Origin: Patescibacteria group bacterium
GTDB lineage: Bacteria > Patescibacteriota > Patescibacteriia > Magasanikbacterales > GWA2-37-8
NCBI GenBank assembly: GCA_004321885.1
Contig: SCQK01000007.1
Span: 96,001 to 160,000, forward strand
Reading direction: 5' to 3'
DNA: 64,000 nt
The notes under the pieces: generated by a model
What the model saw: the letters and a program-made list of their open reading frames with translations, nothing else
Databases searched by the model: none
What the model was told of the DNA's origin: nothing
Shown here: piece after piece, positions 36,552 to 46,929 of the stretch
Layout: each line of letters opens with the position of its first letter
How positions within the stretch are numbered: position 1 is the first letter of the stretch
Made by a program: the position numbers and the translations under genes

Positions 36552-39500
36552 TTAAATATTCACCCGCGGGCCCAGCACAGTGCCCCTGCCCAAAAGCGCT
36601 TCCAGTTCTTCCAGTAAATTTTCTTTGAGCTCCACCGAATACGAGGTCTTGATAATTTTATGACTAACGGACAAAAATACTTTTCTGTTCCCCGGATACT
36701 TTGCTAAAATCGCTTTGATGACGTTGGCTTTTTCTTTGAGCACACTTTTATCCACTGATATTTTCAAACCATCCAGCGCCTCTTCGCCAACGCGCGGCCG
36801 CACCTCGCTGGCAATCTCTTCCTCGGGCGCATAGCGGCGCACCGAGGGATAGGCGTGGTTTACTAATAGCTGTCCGGCCAAATCTTTGGCGTTTTCTTTG
36901 GTAAGCAAATAGGCCTTTTCCACGAACAGCTTGTCATCACCCTCTTCTTTGGAGGTCCGGCCCACCACGGCCACGGGCTTGCCTTCCTGCCACACCTCTT
37001 TGGTGCTTTCCAACGTGCGCGGGAAAACCAATAATTCCAGATTGCCGCTCGTGTCGCCGATGGTAACAAAAAGCATGGGCTGGCCCTGGCGCGTGATTTT
37101 TTTCTTCACACTTTCCACCATGCCGCCCACTGTTACCCAACTGTCGCGCGGCTGGCCGCCGAGCTCGCGAACCGGCGTCAGCGCCCTGGTCATCTCTTCG
37201 GCGAAATACGCGAACGGATGGGCGGTAACGTACAAACCGAGCAGTTCTTTTTCCCAGGATAATTTTTCTTCCTCGGTGGCTACCAGCGCCGGAGCCAGTG
37301 TTACTTTGGCGGCCAATTCAATGGCCGTGCCCATAAACAGCGAATTTTGGTTAGATACGCGCTTTTCCTGCGTTTGCTTGATGAAGCTCAATAAATTTTC
37401 AATGTTGGCCAAAAGTAATCCCCGGTCGTGGCCAAAGCAATCAAGCGCCCCGCATTTGAGCAAACTCTCCAATGATTTTTTGTTCAAATCCTTGTCTTGC
37501 ACGCGCGACAAAAAGTTTTCCAAATTTTCGTAGCGGCCGTTGTTCTTTCGTTCGCGATAAATCACCTCGGCGATATGCTCTCCCAAATTTTTGATGCCGT
37601 TGAGACCGAAACGGATATGGGCTTTTGTTTCGCCCTCAGACGCAATCATCGCGAAACTCTTAAAGCTCTCGTTTATATCCGGCGGCAAAACCTTGAGCCC
37701 CATGCGCTCGCACTCGGCGATGATTTCCGGCACCTTGTCTATGTCTCCGCTTTCGGCGATTAAAACTGCGGTCATGTACTGAATCGGAAAATTCGCTTTC
37801 ATGTAGGCGGTCTGGTACGCGACTATCGCGTAACTTGCGGCATGGCTTTTATTGAATCCGTAAGCCGCGAACGGCTCTATCAATTCCCACAAACGGTGAA
37901 TTTTTATCTCTTTGATTTTGCCGTGCTCCACACAGCCCTTAAAAAACTTATCCTTTTGCTTGGCCATTTCCGCCGGAATTTTTTTGCCCATGGCTTTTCT
38001 GAACTTATCGGCCTCTTCCCAATTATAGCCGGCTAAATTTATAGCTGTGAGCAAGACATCGTCCTGATAAACAATCAGGCCCAGCGATTGGTCCAAATAG
38101 TCCTTCATGCGCGGGTCAAGGTAATCTATCAGCTCGGGATGATTTTTGCGCCGGATATATTCGGGAATTGATTCCATTGGGCCCGGACGGAAAAGCGCCA
38201 CCATGGCCATGATGTCAAAAATTGATTCGGGCTTTAGCTCTTTCAAATAGCGCGTCATGCCCGAGCCGGAAAGCTGGAACACGCCCACGGTTTCCCCGCG
38301 CGCCAGCATTTCGTAAGTTTTCTTATCGTTCCAGGGATACAAATTTTCCAGGTTGATTTTTTGCCCGGTGGTTTTTTCCACGATTTCCACGGCATGCCCC
38401 AAAATGGAAAGATTGCGGATGCCCAAAAAGTCCATTTTAAGCAGGCCGGCCGCTTCCACAGAATGCATTTCATACTGAGTGGTCACGCGCTCGCCGCCGG
38501 TCTCTCTTTGCACCGGCGTAAAGTCGGTCAGCGGGGTCGGAGCGATGACTACGCCGGCCGCGTGGATGGAAGTATGCCGGCCGCACCCCTCTATTTTTTG
38601 CGCCAAATCCAACAGCCGTTTGGCCTCGGCATTTTTGTCATACAATTCTTTCAACGCCGGTTCCAGCTCTATGGCGCGCGCGATAGTCATGTGAAACCCC
38701 TGGGCGCCAAAGGGAATAAGCTTAGCCACCTGGTCGCAAAAAGAATAGGAGTAGCCCAGGGCCCGGCCCACGTCGCGCACAGCCCCGCGCGCGAGCATGG
38801 TGCCGAAGGTGATAATCTGCGCCACCTTGTCGGCCCCGTATTTTTGCGTGACATAGGCAATCATTTCGTCGCGGCGATCGTCGGCAAAATCCGCGTCAAT
38901 ATCGGGCGGGCTGGGACGGAATGGATTTAAGAAACGTTCAAAAGGCAGTTTGAAAAAAAGCGGATTGGCATTGACAATACCCATGGCATAGGACACGATG
39001 GAGCCGGCGGCCGAGCCCCTGGTGGTTTCAATTATCCCGTGCTCGTGCGCGTAATTCACATAATCGGCCACAGCCAAAAAATACGGCGAATAACCTTTTT
39101 TGCAAATCACATCTAACTCATATTCCACGCGCGTTTTTACTTCAGCCGTAATTTCTAAGAGCTTGGGCAGGCGCTCGTACACCTGTTCGCGCAAATACTG
39201 GTCGGCTGTTTTACCCTCCGGGATGACAATGGGCGGAAAATGCCATTTATTCAGCTGTAATTTCAGGTCCACCCGCTCAGCGATTTTGACGGTATTGGCC
39301 AGGGCCTCGGGCGCGTGGCGAAAGCGGCTCGCGATTTCTTCGGCCGGGCACAGCGACAAATCCATTCCCGCCATGGTGCGGCGGTTCGGTTCGTCCAGGG
39401 TTTTACCGTCGCGGATGCAGGTCACAATATCCTGGGCCTCGGCGTCCGCGGGGTTAAGGTAGTGCGCGTCGCGCGTTACGATAAGCCCTACGCCGGTGTC

Positions 39501-40085
39501 GGCCGACAGTTGAACAAGTTTTGTGTTCAAGTCCATCTGCCCTTCCAAAGCCGGCAAATCCATCAGCTCCAGATAAAAATTCTCTTTGCCAAAAATAGCT
39601 TCGTATTCCAGCGCGGTCTTTTTCGCCTTTTCGTAATTGTTTTCTTTGAGCAAATTATGCGCCACCTCGCCGTGCATGCAAGCCGAAGCCGCCAGCAGGC
39701 CATCGTGATACTGGCGCAGGAGTTCTTTGTCCAGCCGCGGTTTGTAATAAAAGCCCTCCAAATGTCCCAGCGAGGACAGCTTCATTAAATTTTTGTAGCC
39801 GGCGTAATTTAACGCCAGAAGCAGAAGGTGAAAATATTTTTGGTCATTGGGATTTTTTTCAAAACGGCTGTTGGGCGCCAAATACGCTTCCATGCCAATG
39901 ATGGGCTTGATGCCCTCTTTGCGGCAGGCCTCGTAGAATTCAATGGCCCCGTACATGTTGCCGTGGTCCGTCAGAGCGAGTGCCGAAAAACCGCGCGCCT
40001 TGGCGGTTTTCACCAGCTCATCTATTTTCGGCAGACCATCCAACAGCGAATAATGGGAGTGGACGTGGAGGTGGACAAAAGACAT
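36552..40085 (-). CDS. dnaE: DNA polymerase III alpha subunit
   Basis: 1177 aa; N-terminal PHP domain (HLHVHSHYSLLDGL), polymerase core and OB fold. Confidence 0.9.
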   Translation of the reverse strand: MSFVHLHVHSHYSLLDGLPKIDELVKTAKARGFSALALTDHGNMYGAIEFYEACRKEGIKPIIGMEAYLAPNSRFEKNPNDQKYFHLLLLALNYAGYKNLMKLSSLGHLEGFYYKPRLDKELLRQYHDGLLAASACMHGEVAHNLLKENNYEKAKKTALEYEAIFGKENFYLELMDLPALEGQMDLNTKLVQLSADTGVGLIVTRDAHYLNPADAEAQDIVTCIRDGKTLDEPNRRTMAGMDLSLCPAEEIASRFRHAPEALANTVKIAERVDLKLQLNKWHFPPIVIPEGKTADQYLREQVYERLPKLLEITAEVKTRVEYELDVICKKGYSPYFLAVADYVNYAHEHGIIETTRGSAAGSIVSYAMGIVNANPLFFKLPFERFLNPFRPSPPDIDADFADDRRDEMIAYVTQKYGADKVAQIITFGTMLARGAVRDVGRALGYSYSFCDQVAKLIPFGAQGFHMTIARAIELEPALKELYDKNAEAKRLLDLAQKIEGCGRHTSIHAAGVVIAPTPLTDFTPVQRETGGERVTTQYEMHSVEAAGLLKMDFLGIRNLSILGHAVEIVEKTTGQKINLENLYPWNDKKTYEMLARGETVGVFQLSGSGMTRYLKELKPESIFDIMAMVALFRPGPMESIPEYIRRKNHPELIDYLDPRMKDYLDQSLGLIVYQDDVLLTAINLAGYNWEEADKFRKAMGKKIPAEMAKQKDKFFKGCVEHGKIKEIKIHRLWELIEPFAAYGFNKSHAASYAIVAYQTAYMKANFPIQYMTAVLIAESGDIDKVPEIIAECERMGLKVLPPDINESFKSFAMIASEGETKAHIRFGLNGIKNLGEHIAEVIYRERKNNGRYENLENFLSRVQDKDLNKKSLESLLKCGALDCFGHDRGLLLANIENLLSFIKQTQEKRVSNQNSLFMGTAIELAAKVTLAPALVATEEEKLSWEKELLGLYVTAHPFAYFAEEMTRALTPVRELGGQPRDSWVTVGGMVESVKKKITRQGQPMLFVTIGDTSGNLELLVFPRTLESTKEVWQEGKPVAVVGRTSKEEGDDKLFVEKAYLLTKENAKDLAGQLLVNHAYPSVRRYAPEEEIASEVRPRVGEEALDGLKISVDKSVLKEKANVIKAILAKYPGNRKVFLSVSHKIIKTSYSVELKENLLEELEALLGRGTVLGPRVNI

Positions 40086-40219
40086 ATTTGTGTAAAAGTC
40101 CCCTCCCTAATAGGGGAGGGATAAAGGGTGGGGTTAAATCGCCACTATGTTACCTCAACTATTCTTTTTTATCAAACAAAAATCCCTCCCTTTTAGGGGA
40201 GGGACAGGAGCGGGCTAAA

Positions 40220-40606
40220 TCACTTCCTGAACGCGTCGGCGGCTTTATGCATGCCCTTGGCCGTGGCTTCCACTGCTTTGTCCACCGCTTCTTTGGCCGC
40301 GTGGTCAAAATTTTTGGCCCCCTGATGCGCCCAGTGCCGGGCCTTATTTTTGACAAAATTCTTCACATACCCGGCCGCGCCGTGGCCGGCCATGGAAAGC
40401 AGGCCGGAAATCTGCTCCACCTTGCGGCGGATATACGTGACCGTGTCGGTGAGCCCCTGCAAGCGGGTGCGGAACTCTTCCACGATTTGGCTGGTATTGC
40501 GCAACAAACGCGCCAGATAATAAAACATCCAGCACATAAAGCCAGTTACCCACAGCACGCAAAATGCCAGCACCAGATACAAAATATCTTTGGAGTTTTC
40601 AAACAT
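40220..40606 (-). CDS. Hypothetical membrane-anchored protein (DUF948-like architecture)
   Basis: N-terminal TM helix followed by a helical, basic C-terminal region; 128 aa. Confidence 0.45.
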   Translation of the reverse strand: MFENSKDILYLVLAFCVLWVTGFMCWMFYYLARLLRNTSQIVEEFRTRLQGLTDTVTYIRRKVEQISGLLSMAGHGAAGYVKNFVKNKARHWAHQGAKNFDHAAKEAVDKAVEATAKGMHKAADAFRK

Positions 40607-40656
40607 ACTATGTTAATGAAAAATAACGACGGATATAGTATACCACAATTTTCTCA

Positions 40657-43137
40657 CTAACGCATCTTGGCGCCAAACTTTTCTTCCAAAATTTTCCTCG
40701 CTTTCTCGCACGCCGCGTCCACCTCGGCCGAGGTCAGGGTTTTTTCCGCGTCCCCGTAGGTCAAGTGGTAGGCCATACTTTTGGAATCCGCGGCCAACTC
40801 ATTGCCCTCGTAAACATCAAACAACTCAACTTTTTTTAGCAAGACATCGGCGCCTTTGAGAGCGTCCAAAATTTCACCGTGAGCCGTTTCTTTCTTCACC
40901 GTGAAAGCAATATCACGCTCCGATTCCGGATAAACCGGCACCGGCGCGTAGGCGGATTTTGAACGAAAAATTTTTTCCGACAGTTTGGTCAAATTTATCC
41001 GCAAGACACCCACCCGTTTGTCCAAGCCGTAATTTGCCCCGACCGACGGATTTAATTCGCAAACAACTCCGACCATTGCGCCGCCATGGGAAAACAAAGA
41101 TAGCCGCGTCGGATGCTCCCAAGGCAAAACCTTATCTATTTTCGCCAGTTCAAATTGCCTGCCCAAAGACGCAAACACAACCTCCAGCGCGCGCCGCGCT
41201 TCCCAATAACCAGCATTGGTTTTTTTGTCAACGCAAACCGCGGTCAACCAAGTATCCTGATGCGGCAAGAGCTGACTGCTGTTTTTAGCCGCGCGCGGAC
41301 CGGATTCTTCGGACATAAACACCTGCCCGGTTTCAAAAATTTTCACCGAGGAATAACGCTCCAGATTGGCGGCCAGATTATCCAATAAATTCGGCAATAA
41401 ATTGCGGCGCAAATACGGTTTTTCTTTGGACAACGGATTATCCAGTTCAATATATTTGGCCATATCATCGCCCAAATTTTTTATCTGCGCTTCGCTGACA
41501 AATGAATAATTGTAGACCTCGCTGTAGCCCAACTCTCTCACGAGTGTTTCGCCGGCTTTCCTTTCCAAAACACGCAAACGATTGGCTTCAGACGGCGCCA
41601 CTGAAAAAGCAGGCAGAGACGGCGGAATATTGTTGAAACCGTAAAAGCGCGCCACTTCTTCCACCAAATCCTCGGCCGAAGAGATGTCTTTGGTCGCGCG
41701 CCAGGTGGGCGCCAATACCGACAAAACATCTTTTTTCGTTTTAACCACAAAACCCAACCGTTCCAAAATTTTGATGGTTTCTTTTTTGTTCAATTCCACG
41801 CCCAGCCGCTTGGCCGCGAAGGCTAAAGGCAATTCAATAGGCCCGCGCTTGGATTTGAAGTCCGCCGCGTCAGCGATATTGCTCGCCACGCGGCTGGCCG
41901 GACACAATTCCAACGTCAGCTGAACCGCGCGGCGCAGAGCCAGTTCGGCTAGATTCGGGTCCAACGACTTTTCAAAACGCGCCGATGACTCGGTGCGCAG
42001 ACCCAATTTGCCGGCGGTTTTGCGAATCGAGCCGGCGTCAAAATTGGCTGATTCAAAAATAATGGTTGAGGTGCTGTCGGTAACGCCGCTGTTTAACCCG
42101 CCCATCACCCCGGCAATCGCCACCGGTTCTTTTTCGTCGGCGATCACAAGCATGCTTGAATACAATTTGTGTTCAGTGCCGTCAAGGGTCGTGAACTTTT
42201 CTCCTTCTTTGGCCGGCCGCACCACAATCTTTTTTTCCTTGAAACGCGCCGCGTCAAACGCGTGCATGGGCTGTCCCAAATCCAGCATCACGTAATTGGT
42301 AATATCAACGACGTTGTTTATGGGCCGCACGCCGGCCGCGAGCAATCGCTTTTTCAGCCAGCCCGGCGATGATTTGATGTCCACTCCTTCTATGGCCGCG
42401 GCCATGTAGCGCGGACACAGCTTTTTGCCTGTCCTCACACCAAAATCTTTGGTGTGGGGGTCTTTCACTTCCACGCGCAAACTGATTTTTTTGCCTCCGC
42501 CTCGGGCGGATATTTTGGGCGGGGTATAACCACCAAATTCTTTACGATAAAGCGCCGCTACTTCGCGGGCGATGCCGTAGTGGCCCCACAAGTCAGGCCG
42601 ATGCGACAAAGATTTGTTGTCCACTTCCAGCACCGCGTCGTCCAAACCCAAAGCGACGGAGAGCGGCCTGCCGACCTGCGCCTTGACGCCGGTCAAATCA
42701 ATTATTTCTTTTTCTTCGCGCAAGGGAAACATTTCTTCCAAACCGATTTCCGTGGCCGAACAAATCATGCCCTGCGAATCCACGCCGCGAATGGCGGCCG
42801 GTTGTAATTCCACCGGCTCCCCGGCTCCGTGCCAGCGCACCCTGGCGCCCGCTTTGGCCAGGGCCACCAGCATTTTTTCGCGCACGTTACTACCGCCGCA
42901 AACGATTTTTAATTTCTTTTCGCCCACGTCAACCACGCAAACTTTTAATTTGTCAGCGTTGGGGTGTTTCTCCACTTTCAGCACTTTGCCCACCACAATA
43001 TTTTCCAAACTTTTTTCCTGCCGCTCCACTTTCTCCACTTCCACCACGCTCATTTTCAGTTTCTCAGCCACATCTTCTGGCGTCACCGAATCGGGCAAAC
43101 GCACGTAATCTTTTAACCACTTATATGAAATCAACAT
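40657..43137 (-). CDS. pheT: Phenylalanyl-tRNA synthetase beta subunit
   Basis: 826 aa; N-terminal tRNA-binding domain (MLISYKWLKDY), B3/B4 and B5 domains, C-terminal FDX-ACB domain. Confidence 0.9.
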   Translation of the reverse strand: MLISYKWLKDYVRLPDSVTPEDVAEKLKMSVVEVEKVERQEKSLENIVVGKVLKVEKHPNADKLKVCVVDVGEKKLKIVCGGSNVREKMLVALAKAGARVRWHGAGEPVELQPAAIRGVDSQGMICSATEIGLEEMFPLREEKEIIDLTGVKAQVGRPLSVALGLDDAVLEVDNKSLSHRPDLWGHYGIAREVAALYRKEFGGYTPPKISARGGGKKISLRVEVKDPHTKDFGVRTGKKLCPRYMAAAIEGVDIKSSPGWLKKRLLAAGVRPINNVVDITNYVMLDLGQPMHAFDAARFKEKKIVVRPAKEGEKFTTLDGTEHKLYSSMLVIADEKEPVAIAGVMGGLNSGVTDSTSTIIFESANFDAGSIRKTAGKLGLRTESSARFEKSLDPNLAELALRRAVQLTLELCPASRVASNIADAADFKSKRGPIELPLAFAAKRLGVELNKKETIKILERLGFVVKTKKDVLSVLAPTWRATKDISSAEDLVEEVARFYGFNNIPPSLPAFSVAPSEANRLRVLERKAGETLVRELGYSEVYNYSFVSEAQIKNLGDDMAKYIELDNPLSKEKPYLRRNLLPNLLDNLAANLERYSSVKIFETGQVFMSEESGPRAAKNSSQLLPHQDTWLTAVCVDKKTNAGYWEARRALEVVFASLGRQFELAKIDKVLPWEHPTRLSLFSHGGAMVGVVCELNPSVGANYGLDKRVGVLRINLTKLSEKIFRSKSAYAPVPVYPESERDIAFTVKKETAHGEILDALKGADVLLKKVELFDVYEGNELAADSKSMAYHLTYGDAEKTLTSAEVDAACEKARKILEEKFGAKMR

Positions 43138-43172
43138 AAACGGGGATCCTGAAACAAGTTCAGGATGACAAT

Positions 43173-44204
43173 TTAAAACTGTTTTATGAATCGCAAATCT
43201 CCGCTCTCCAAATGGCGAACGTCTTCAATGCCGTATTTAAGCATGACCAAACGGGTAAGGCCGAAACCAAACGCGAACCCGGAATAAATTTTTGGGTCAA
43301 CACCGCCTTCTCTGAGCACATTAGGGTGAATCATTCCTCCAGGCATCACTTCAAGCCATCCGGTATTTTTGCACACTCGACATCCTTTTCCGTGACACAA
43401 AAAACAAGTCAATTCTCCGCGCACGCCCGGTTCTACGAATGGATAAAATTTCGGCATTAAGCGCAGCTCGGTACCGACGCCAAATAAATGATCCGCGACT
43501 GCCTGCATCACGCCTTTCATGTGAGCAAAGCTGATATTTTTATCTATTACTATTCCTTCAAGTTGATAAAATGTATGCTCATGCCTTGGGTCAGTAGCTT
43601 CATTCCGATAACATTTGCCCGGAACAATCGCCCGCAGGGGCACCCCGTATTTTTGCATGGCCCGCACCTGCACCGAAGAAGTATGCGTGCGCAAAACCCA
43701 ATCCGAATGCCCTTTGATGTAAAAAGTGTCCTGCATGTCGCGCGCCGGATGCTCGGGTGGAATATTAACGGCCGTAAAATTGTAATAATCGCTTTCAAGT
43801 TCCGGCCCGTCCAAAACCATAAAACCCATGGAGGTAAACAAATCTTCCAAGTCCTTTTGCACCAAAGTATTGGGATGAAAATGCCCGCGTTCCTCCACAG
43901 GCAAAGCCGGCTGGGTGACATCCACCCGCTCTTTTTCCAAACTGTTCTTCCACTCCCCTGTCATCAGTTCGGATTTTTTCGCCGCCAGCGCCTTTTCTAT
44001 CGCCCCCTTCACCTCGTTCGCCAATTGTCCGGCGCTTTTTTTCTCTTCATCGCTCAAATTTTTCAACCCCTTCAAAAGCAAAGTCAGCTCGCCGCTCTTG
44101 CGGCCCAGCAATTTTATTTCTAACTGTTCCAATTCGCCCGCGCTTTTGGTCGCCCCGATCTCGCGCAAGGCCGATTCCTTTAATTGAACAAGTTTGTCTA
44201 TCAT
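43173..44204 (-). CDS. pheS: Phenylalanyl-tRNA synthetase alpha subunit
   Basis: Class II aaRS motifs (FRNE, GLERL-like); start trimmed to MIDKLVQLKE (44204), because the longer ORF to 44261 overlaps the upstream gene. Confidence 0.85.
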   Translation of the reverse strand: MIDKLVQLKESALREIGATKSAGELEQLEIKLLGRKSGELTLLLKGLKNLSDEEKKSAGQLANEVKGAIEKALAAKKSELMTGEWKNSLEKERVDVTQPALPVEERGHFHPNTLVQKDLEDLFTSMGFMVLDGPELESDYYNFTAVNIPPEHPARDMQDTFYIKGHSDWVLRTHTSSVQVRAMQKYGVPLRAIVPGKCYRNEATDPRHEHTFYQLEGIVIDKNISFAHMKGVMQAVADHLFGVGTELRLMPKFYPFVEPGVRGELTCFLCHGKGCRVCKNTGWLEVMPGGMIHPNVLREGGVDPKIYSGFAFGFGLTRLVMLKYGIEDVRHLESGDLRFIKQF

Positions 44205-44227
44205 ACTGAAATAAAAAAATTTATAAT

Positions 44228-44752
44228 TTATTTCCACCACCGCGGCAAATGTTCCGAACATGCCTTAAAAAGCTCTTCTGATACAAGGTTGCGGTGATTA
44301 CGCATAATAAATGGCAAATTTCTGACATGCGCGCCCGGATAAATGCCAACTATCTTGGCGTCTTTATCGGCGATCGTGATGACGGATTTTTTCATGTCCG
44401 CTCCAGCGTCGCGAAGACCATAATCAAATTCTTCTGTTACTATATTATATGCCGAAATCCAGCCACCGAGACAATCAATAAATTTACCGCCTAAGCCGCA
44501 ACCGTCTTCAATGCACATTGGTAAATCGTTTATCACATACACATAAAAATACGATGGGGTCACGATATCAAAAGGCGGGTGCCGGACAGTATGAGTCCCG
44601 GCTCCTTCCGCCGCCTTCATGCCAAGAGCTATGGTCTCGTACTGTTTGACACCAAAAGGATACTTTTGCCAGACAAAAATGCCGACACCGACAAAAATAG
44701 TCGCGAGAAGCGCCAAAATTATTTTTTTTCTATGGCGCAATACAAAACTCAT
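44228..44752 (-). CDS. Hypothetical membrane-anchored (N-in, periplasmic domain) protein; possible immunity partner of the upstream gene
   Basis: TM helix ILALLATIFVGVGIFVW and about 140 aa of extracytoplasmic domain with four Cys; separated by only 2 nt from the upstream gene. Confidence 0.45.
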   Translation of the reverse strand: MSFVLRHRKKIILALLATIFVGVGIFVWQKYPFGVKQYETIALGMKAAEGAGTHTVRHPPFDIVTPSYFYVYVINDLPMCIEDGCGLGGKFIDCLGGWISAYNIVTEEFDYGLRDAGADMKKSVITIADKDAKIVGIYPGAHVRNLPFIMRNHRNLVSEELFKACSEHLPRWWK

Positions 44753-44754
44753 AC

Positions 44755-45732
44755 TTAATCCACTATTTCCAGCACGCCGACGCTCATAAAATCGCCCTTG
44801 CGCGCTTTGATTAATGAATCATAAATTTCCATCCAGCGTTTAACTTCAATAATAGTCATGCAGCCGCGCGAATGCCCACCTGCGTGGAGATATCTTTCGC
44901 CGCTATGACCAATCTTAAACCAAGTCATGGCCCGTTTTGATTCATCCATATAACTCTCACCGCCCTTATGTGCGTAATCCGGAATTTCAATATCATATAA
45001 CCCTTTTTCCCAAGGCATATCCGGATAATCAGTTGCTTGATATTTTTTATCTTTCAAGAAGAAAACTTTTTGGGAGATGGAATACTTGGCGCGAATCATC
45101 GGCTTGTGATTAACGCCGGAAATAAACCAGGAGGAACCGTTGTCGCGCAATTTGATGGATGCCATTTTACCGCGATACGGACCTTCTAAGATAATAAAAT
45201 ACTCTCTTTCGTTAGATACTCGTTCCGGTTTTAGTTTTAAAAAAGCGGGCACTGGTCTTACTAACTTACTATCTTCAATCCTCACAATTAAAAACCCTTG
45301 CGAACCGTCTATATCAGGCACATAACGCACCGCATCAGAGACAACTGCTTCCAAGATTATTTCAAAAAGCGCGGTTTTTGAACCCCATGATTTGCCCCAA
45401 ATTGAACGGGTTTCTTTTATTTGAACCTCAAAAGGAAACTTTTGGGGTTTATTGTCGGAGGTATCAATTTTTATAGTGCTTTGCGCCCTGCCGACGTCGT
45501 TAAATAAAATATCTTTTTCAATAACGGTAACCGTAACCTCGGTTTTAAATTGCTGTTGATCGGTTTCAATTTTCCTCATTTCGCTGTCTATTTTCTCTGT
45601 CGTGCCGGCTTTAATTCTTTTATCCACGCGCAAAAACTTTCCCAGTATTTCAATTTCTATACGGATATCGTCGCCGATAGAATCGCCGCTGTATTTTATT
45701 TTTGTCAGTTTTAGCTGAACGGATTTAAGCAT
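44755..45732 (-). CDS. Hypothetical protein with C-terminal L,D-transpeptidase-like (YkuD/DUF2778, Tlde1-like) motif and no signal peptide
   Basis: C-terminal IGHSGERYLHAGGHSRGCMTI resembles the H-x-G...S-x-G-C catalytic signature of L,D-transpeptidase-fold proteins; the N-terminal 200 aa are of unknown function and carry no secretion signal. Confidence 0.45.
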   Translation of the reverse strand: MLKSVQLKLTKIKYSGDSIGDDIRIEIEILGKFLRVDKRIKAGTTEKIDSEMRKIETDQQQFKTEVTVTVIEKDILFNDVGRAQSTIKIDTSDNKPQKFPFEVQIKETRSIWGKSWGSKTALFEIILEAVVSDAVRYVPDIDGSQGFLIVRIEDSKLVRPVPAFLKLKPERVSNEREYFIILEGPYRGKMASIKLRDNGSSWFISGVNHKPMIRAKYSISQKVFFLKDKKYQATDYPDMPWEKGLYDIEIPDYAHKGGESYMDESKRAMTWFKIGHSGERYLHAGGHSRGCMTIIEVKRWMEIYDSLIKARKGDFMSVGVLEIVD

Positions 45733-45747
45733 AAATTTTTTGGCCTT

Positions 45748-46851
45748 TTAAAAAATCTTTTGGAAAAACGCGCCGATGGCGCCGCTAAAACGGCCGATAT
45801 CTTTTACGGTCACCAGCACCACCAGCAACATCAGCAAAACAAATCCAACTGTATGCGCGACTTGCTCGTAGCGCGGCGTAATCGGCCGCCGCAAAATTTT
45901 GCTGAGCCCCAAAAACAGCAAACGCCCGCCATCCAAAGCCGGAATCGGCAAGATGTTGATAATCGCGAGATTCAAAGAAAGCAAAGCGACGAAGTTTATC
46001 ATATAGGCCCAACCCATACGCGCCACCTGCCCGGTCATCACCGCGATACCCACCGGGCCGGATACTGCTTCACCAACAGGCTCGCCCGCGAACAGACCGC
46101 GAATTAACAAATAAAACGCGAGCACAATTTCTTTTAAATAATATCCGGTGGCCAGTATGCCTTCCGAAATGGCCTTATACCACGGATATTTAACAGTGCC
46201 GATTTCGGCCAACCCCACGCCAATGCCGGCGCGGCCCGATTCATAAACAAACGGCTTGATTTTTTTGGTGATTGTTTCCGTGCCGCGCTTCACCGTGACC
46301 GAGATTTCTTTATCCTTGTTGGCGGCCACGTATTCCTGCATCTGTTTTAACCGCGGCTGTTCTATGGCGTCAAGACGCGTGATGGAATCACCGGGTTTGA
46401 GTCCGGCGGCCTCGGCCGGTTTGCCCGAAATTACCTGGGCTATCTGCAACTGTCTGTCTTTTACACCTTCCACGGACGCGAACGAATCCACGGCCTGCGG
46501 CATGCCGACAGCGAAACCGATGGAAAGCAGGACCGCGGCCAAAACCACATTCATTCCAACTCCGGCAAACAAGGTAATCGCGCGCTTCCACATTTTTTGC
46601 GCGCCAAAACTATCCGGACCGGTTTCATCCGCGTCTTCACCTTTAATCTTCACAAACCCGCCGAGTGGAATCAAATTAAAGGAATACATTACGCCGGATT
46701 TTTTGCTTGTATATTTGAAAAGCCGCGGCGGAAAACCGAAACCGAATTCATACACCTTCATGCCGCTTTTGCGCGCAACAATAAAATGCCCGAATTCGTG
46801 GGAGAGGACCAAAATTGCCAAAACAGCGAGGAAGATTAACAAAGTTAACAT
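45748..46851 (-). CDS. rseP: Site-2 protease RseP (zinc metalloprotease with PDZ domain)
   Basis: HEFGHF (HExxH) in TM1, a PDZ domain and the C-terminal LDGG motif (IPALDGGRLLF). Confidence 0.85.
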   Translation of the reverse strand: MLTLLIFLAVLAILVLSHEFGHFIVARKSGMKVYEFGFGFPPRLFKYTSKKSGVMYSFNLIPLGGFVKIKGEDADETGPDSFGAQKMWKRAITLFAGVGMNVVLAAVLLSIGFAVGMPQAVDSFASVEGVKDRQLQIAQVISGKPAEAAGLKPGDSITRLDAIEQPRLKQMQEYVAANKDKEISVTVKRGTETITKKIKPFVYESGRAGIGVGLAEIGTVKYPWYKAISEGILATGYYLKEIVLAFYLLIRGLFAGEPVGEAVSGPVGIAVMTGQVARMGWAYMINFVALLSLNLAIINILPIPALDGGRLLFLGLSKILRRPITPRYEQVAHTVGFVLLMLLVVLVTVKDIGRFSGAIGAFFQKIF

Positions 46852-46929
46852 ACCTTTATTAGCTATTGCTCAAATTCCGCTTATTATATACAATATATAA
46901 TGTAATTTATTCTTAAACCAACGCGAAGT

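Noticed and set aside
44205-44261. Longer pheS start at 44261
   Set aside because: It would overlap the upstream gene's 3' end by 34 nt, and the added residues (MFGTFAAVVEINYKFFYFS) do not resemble PheS; the Met at 44204 gives the canonical N-terminus.
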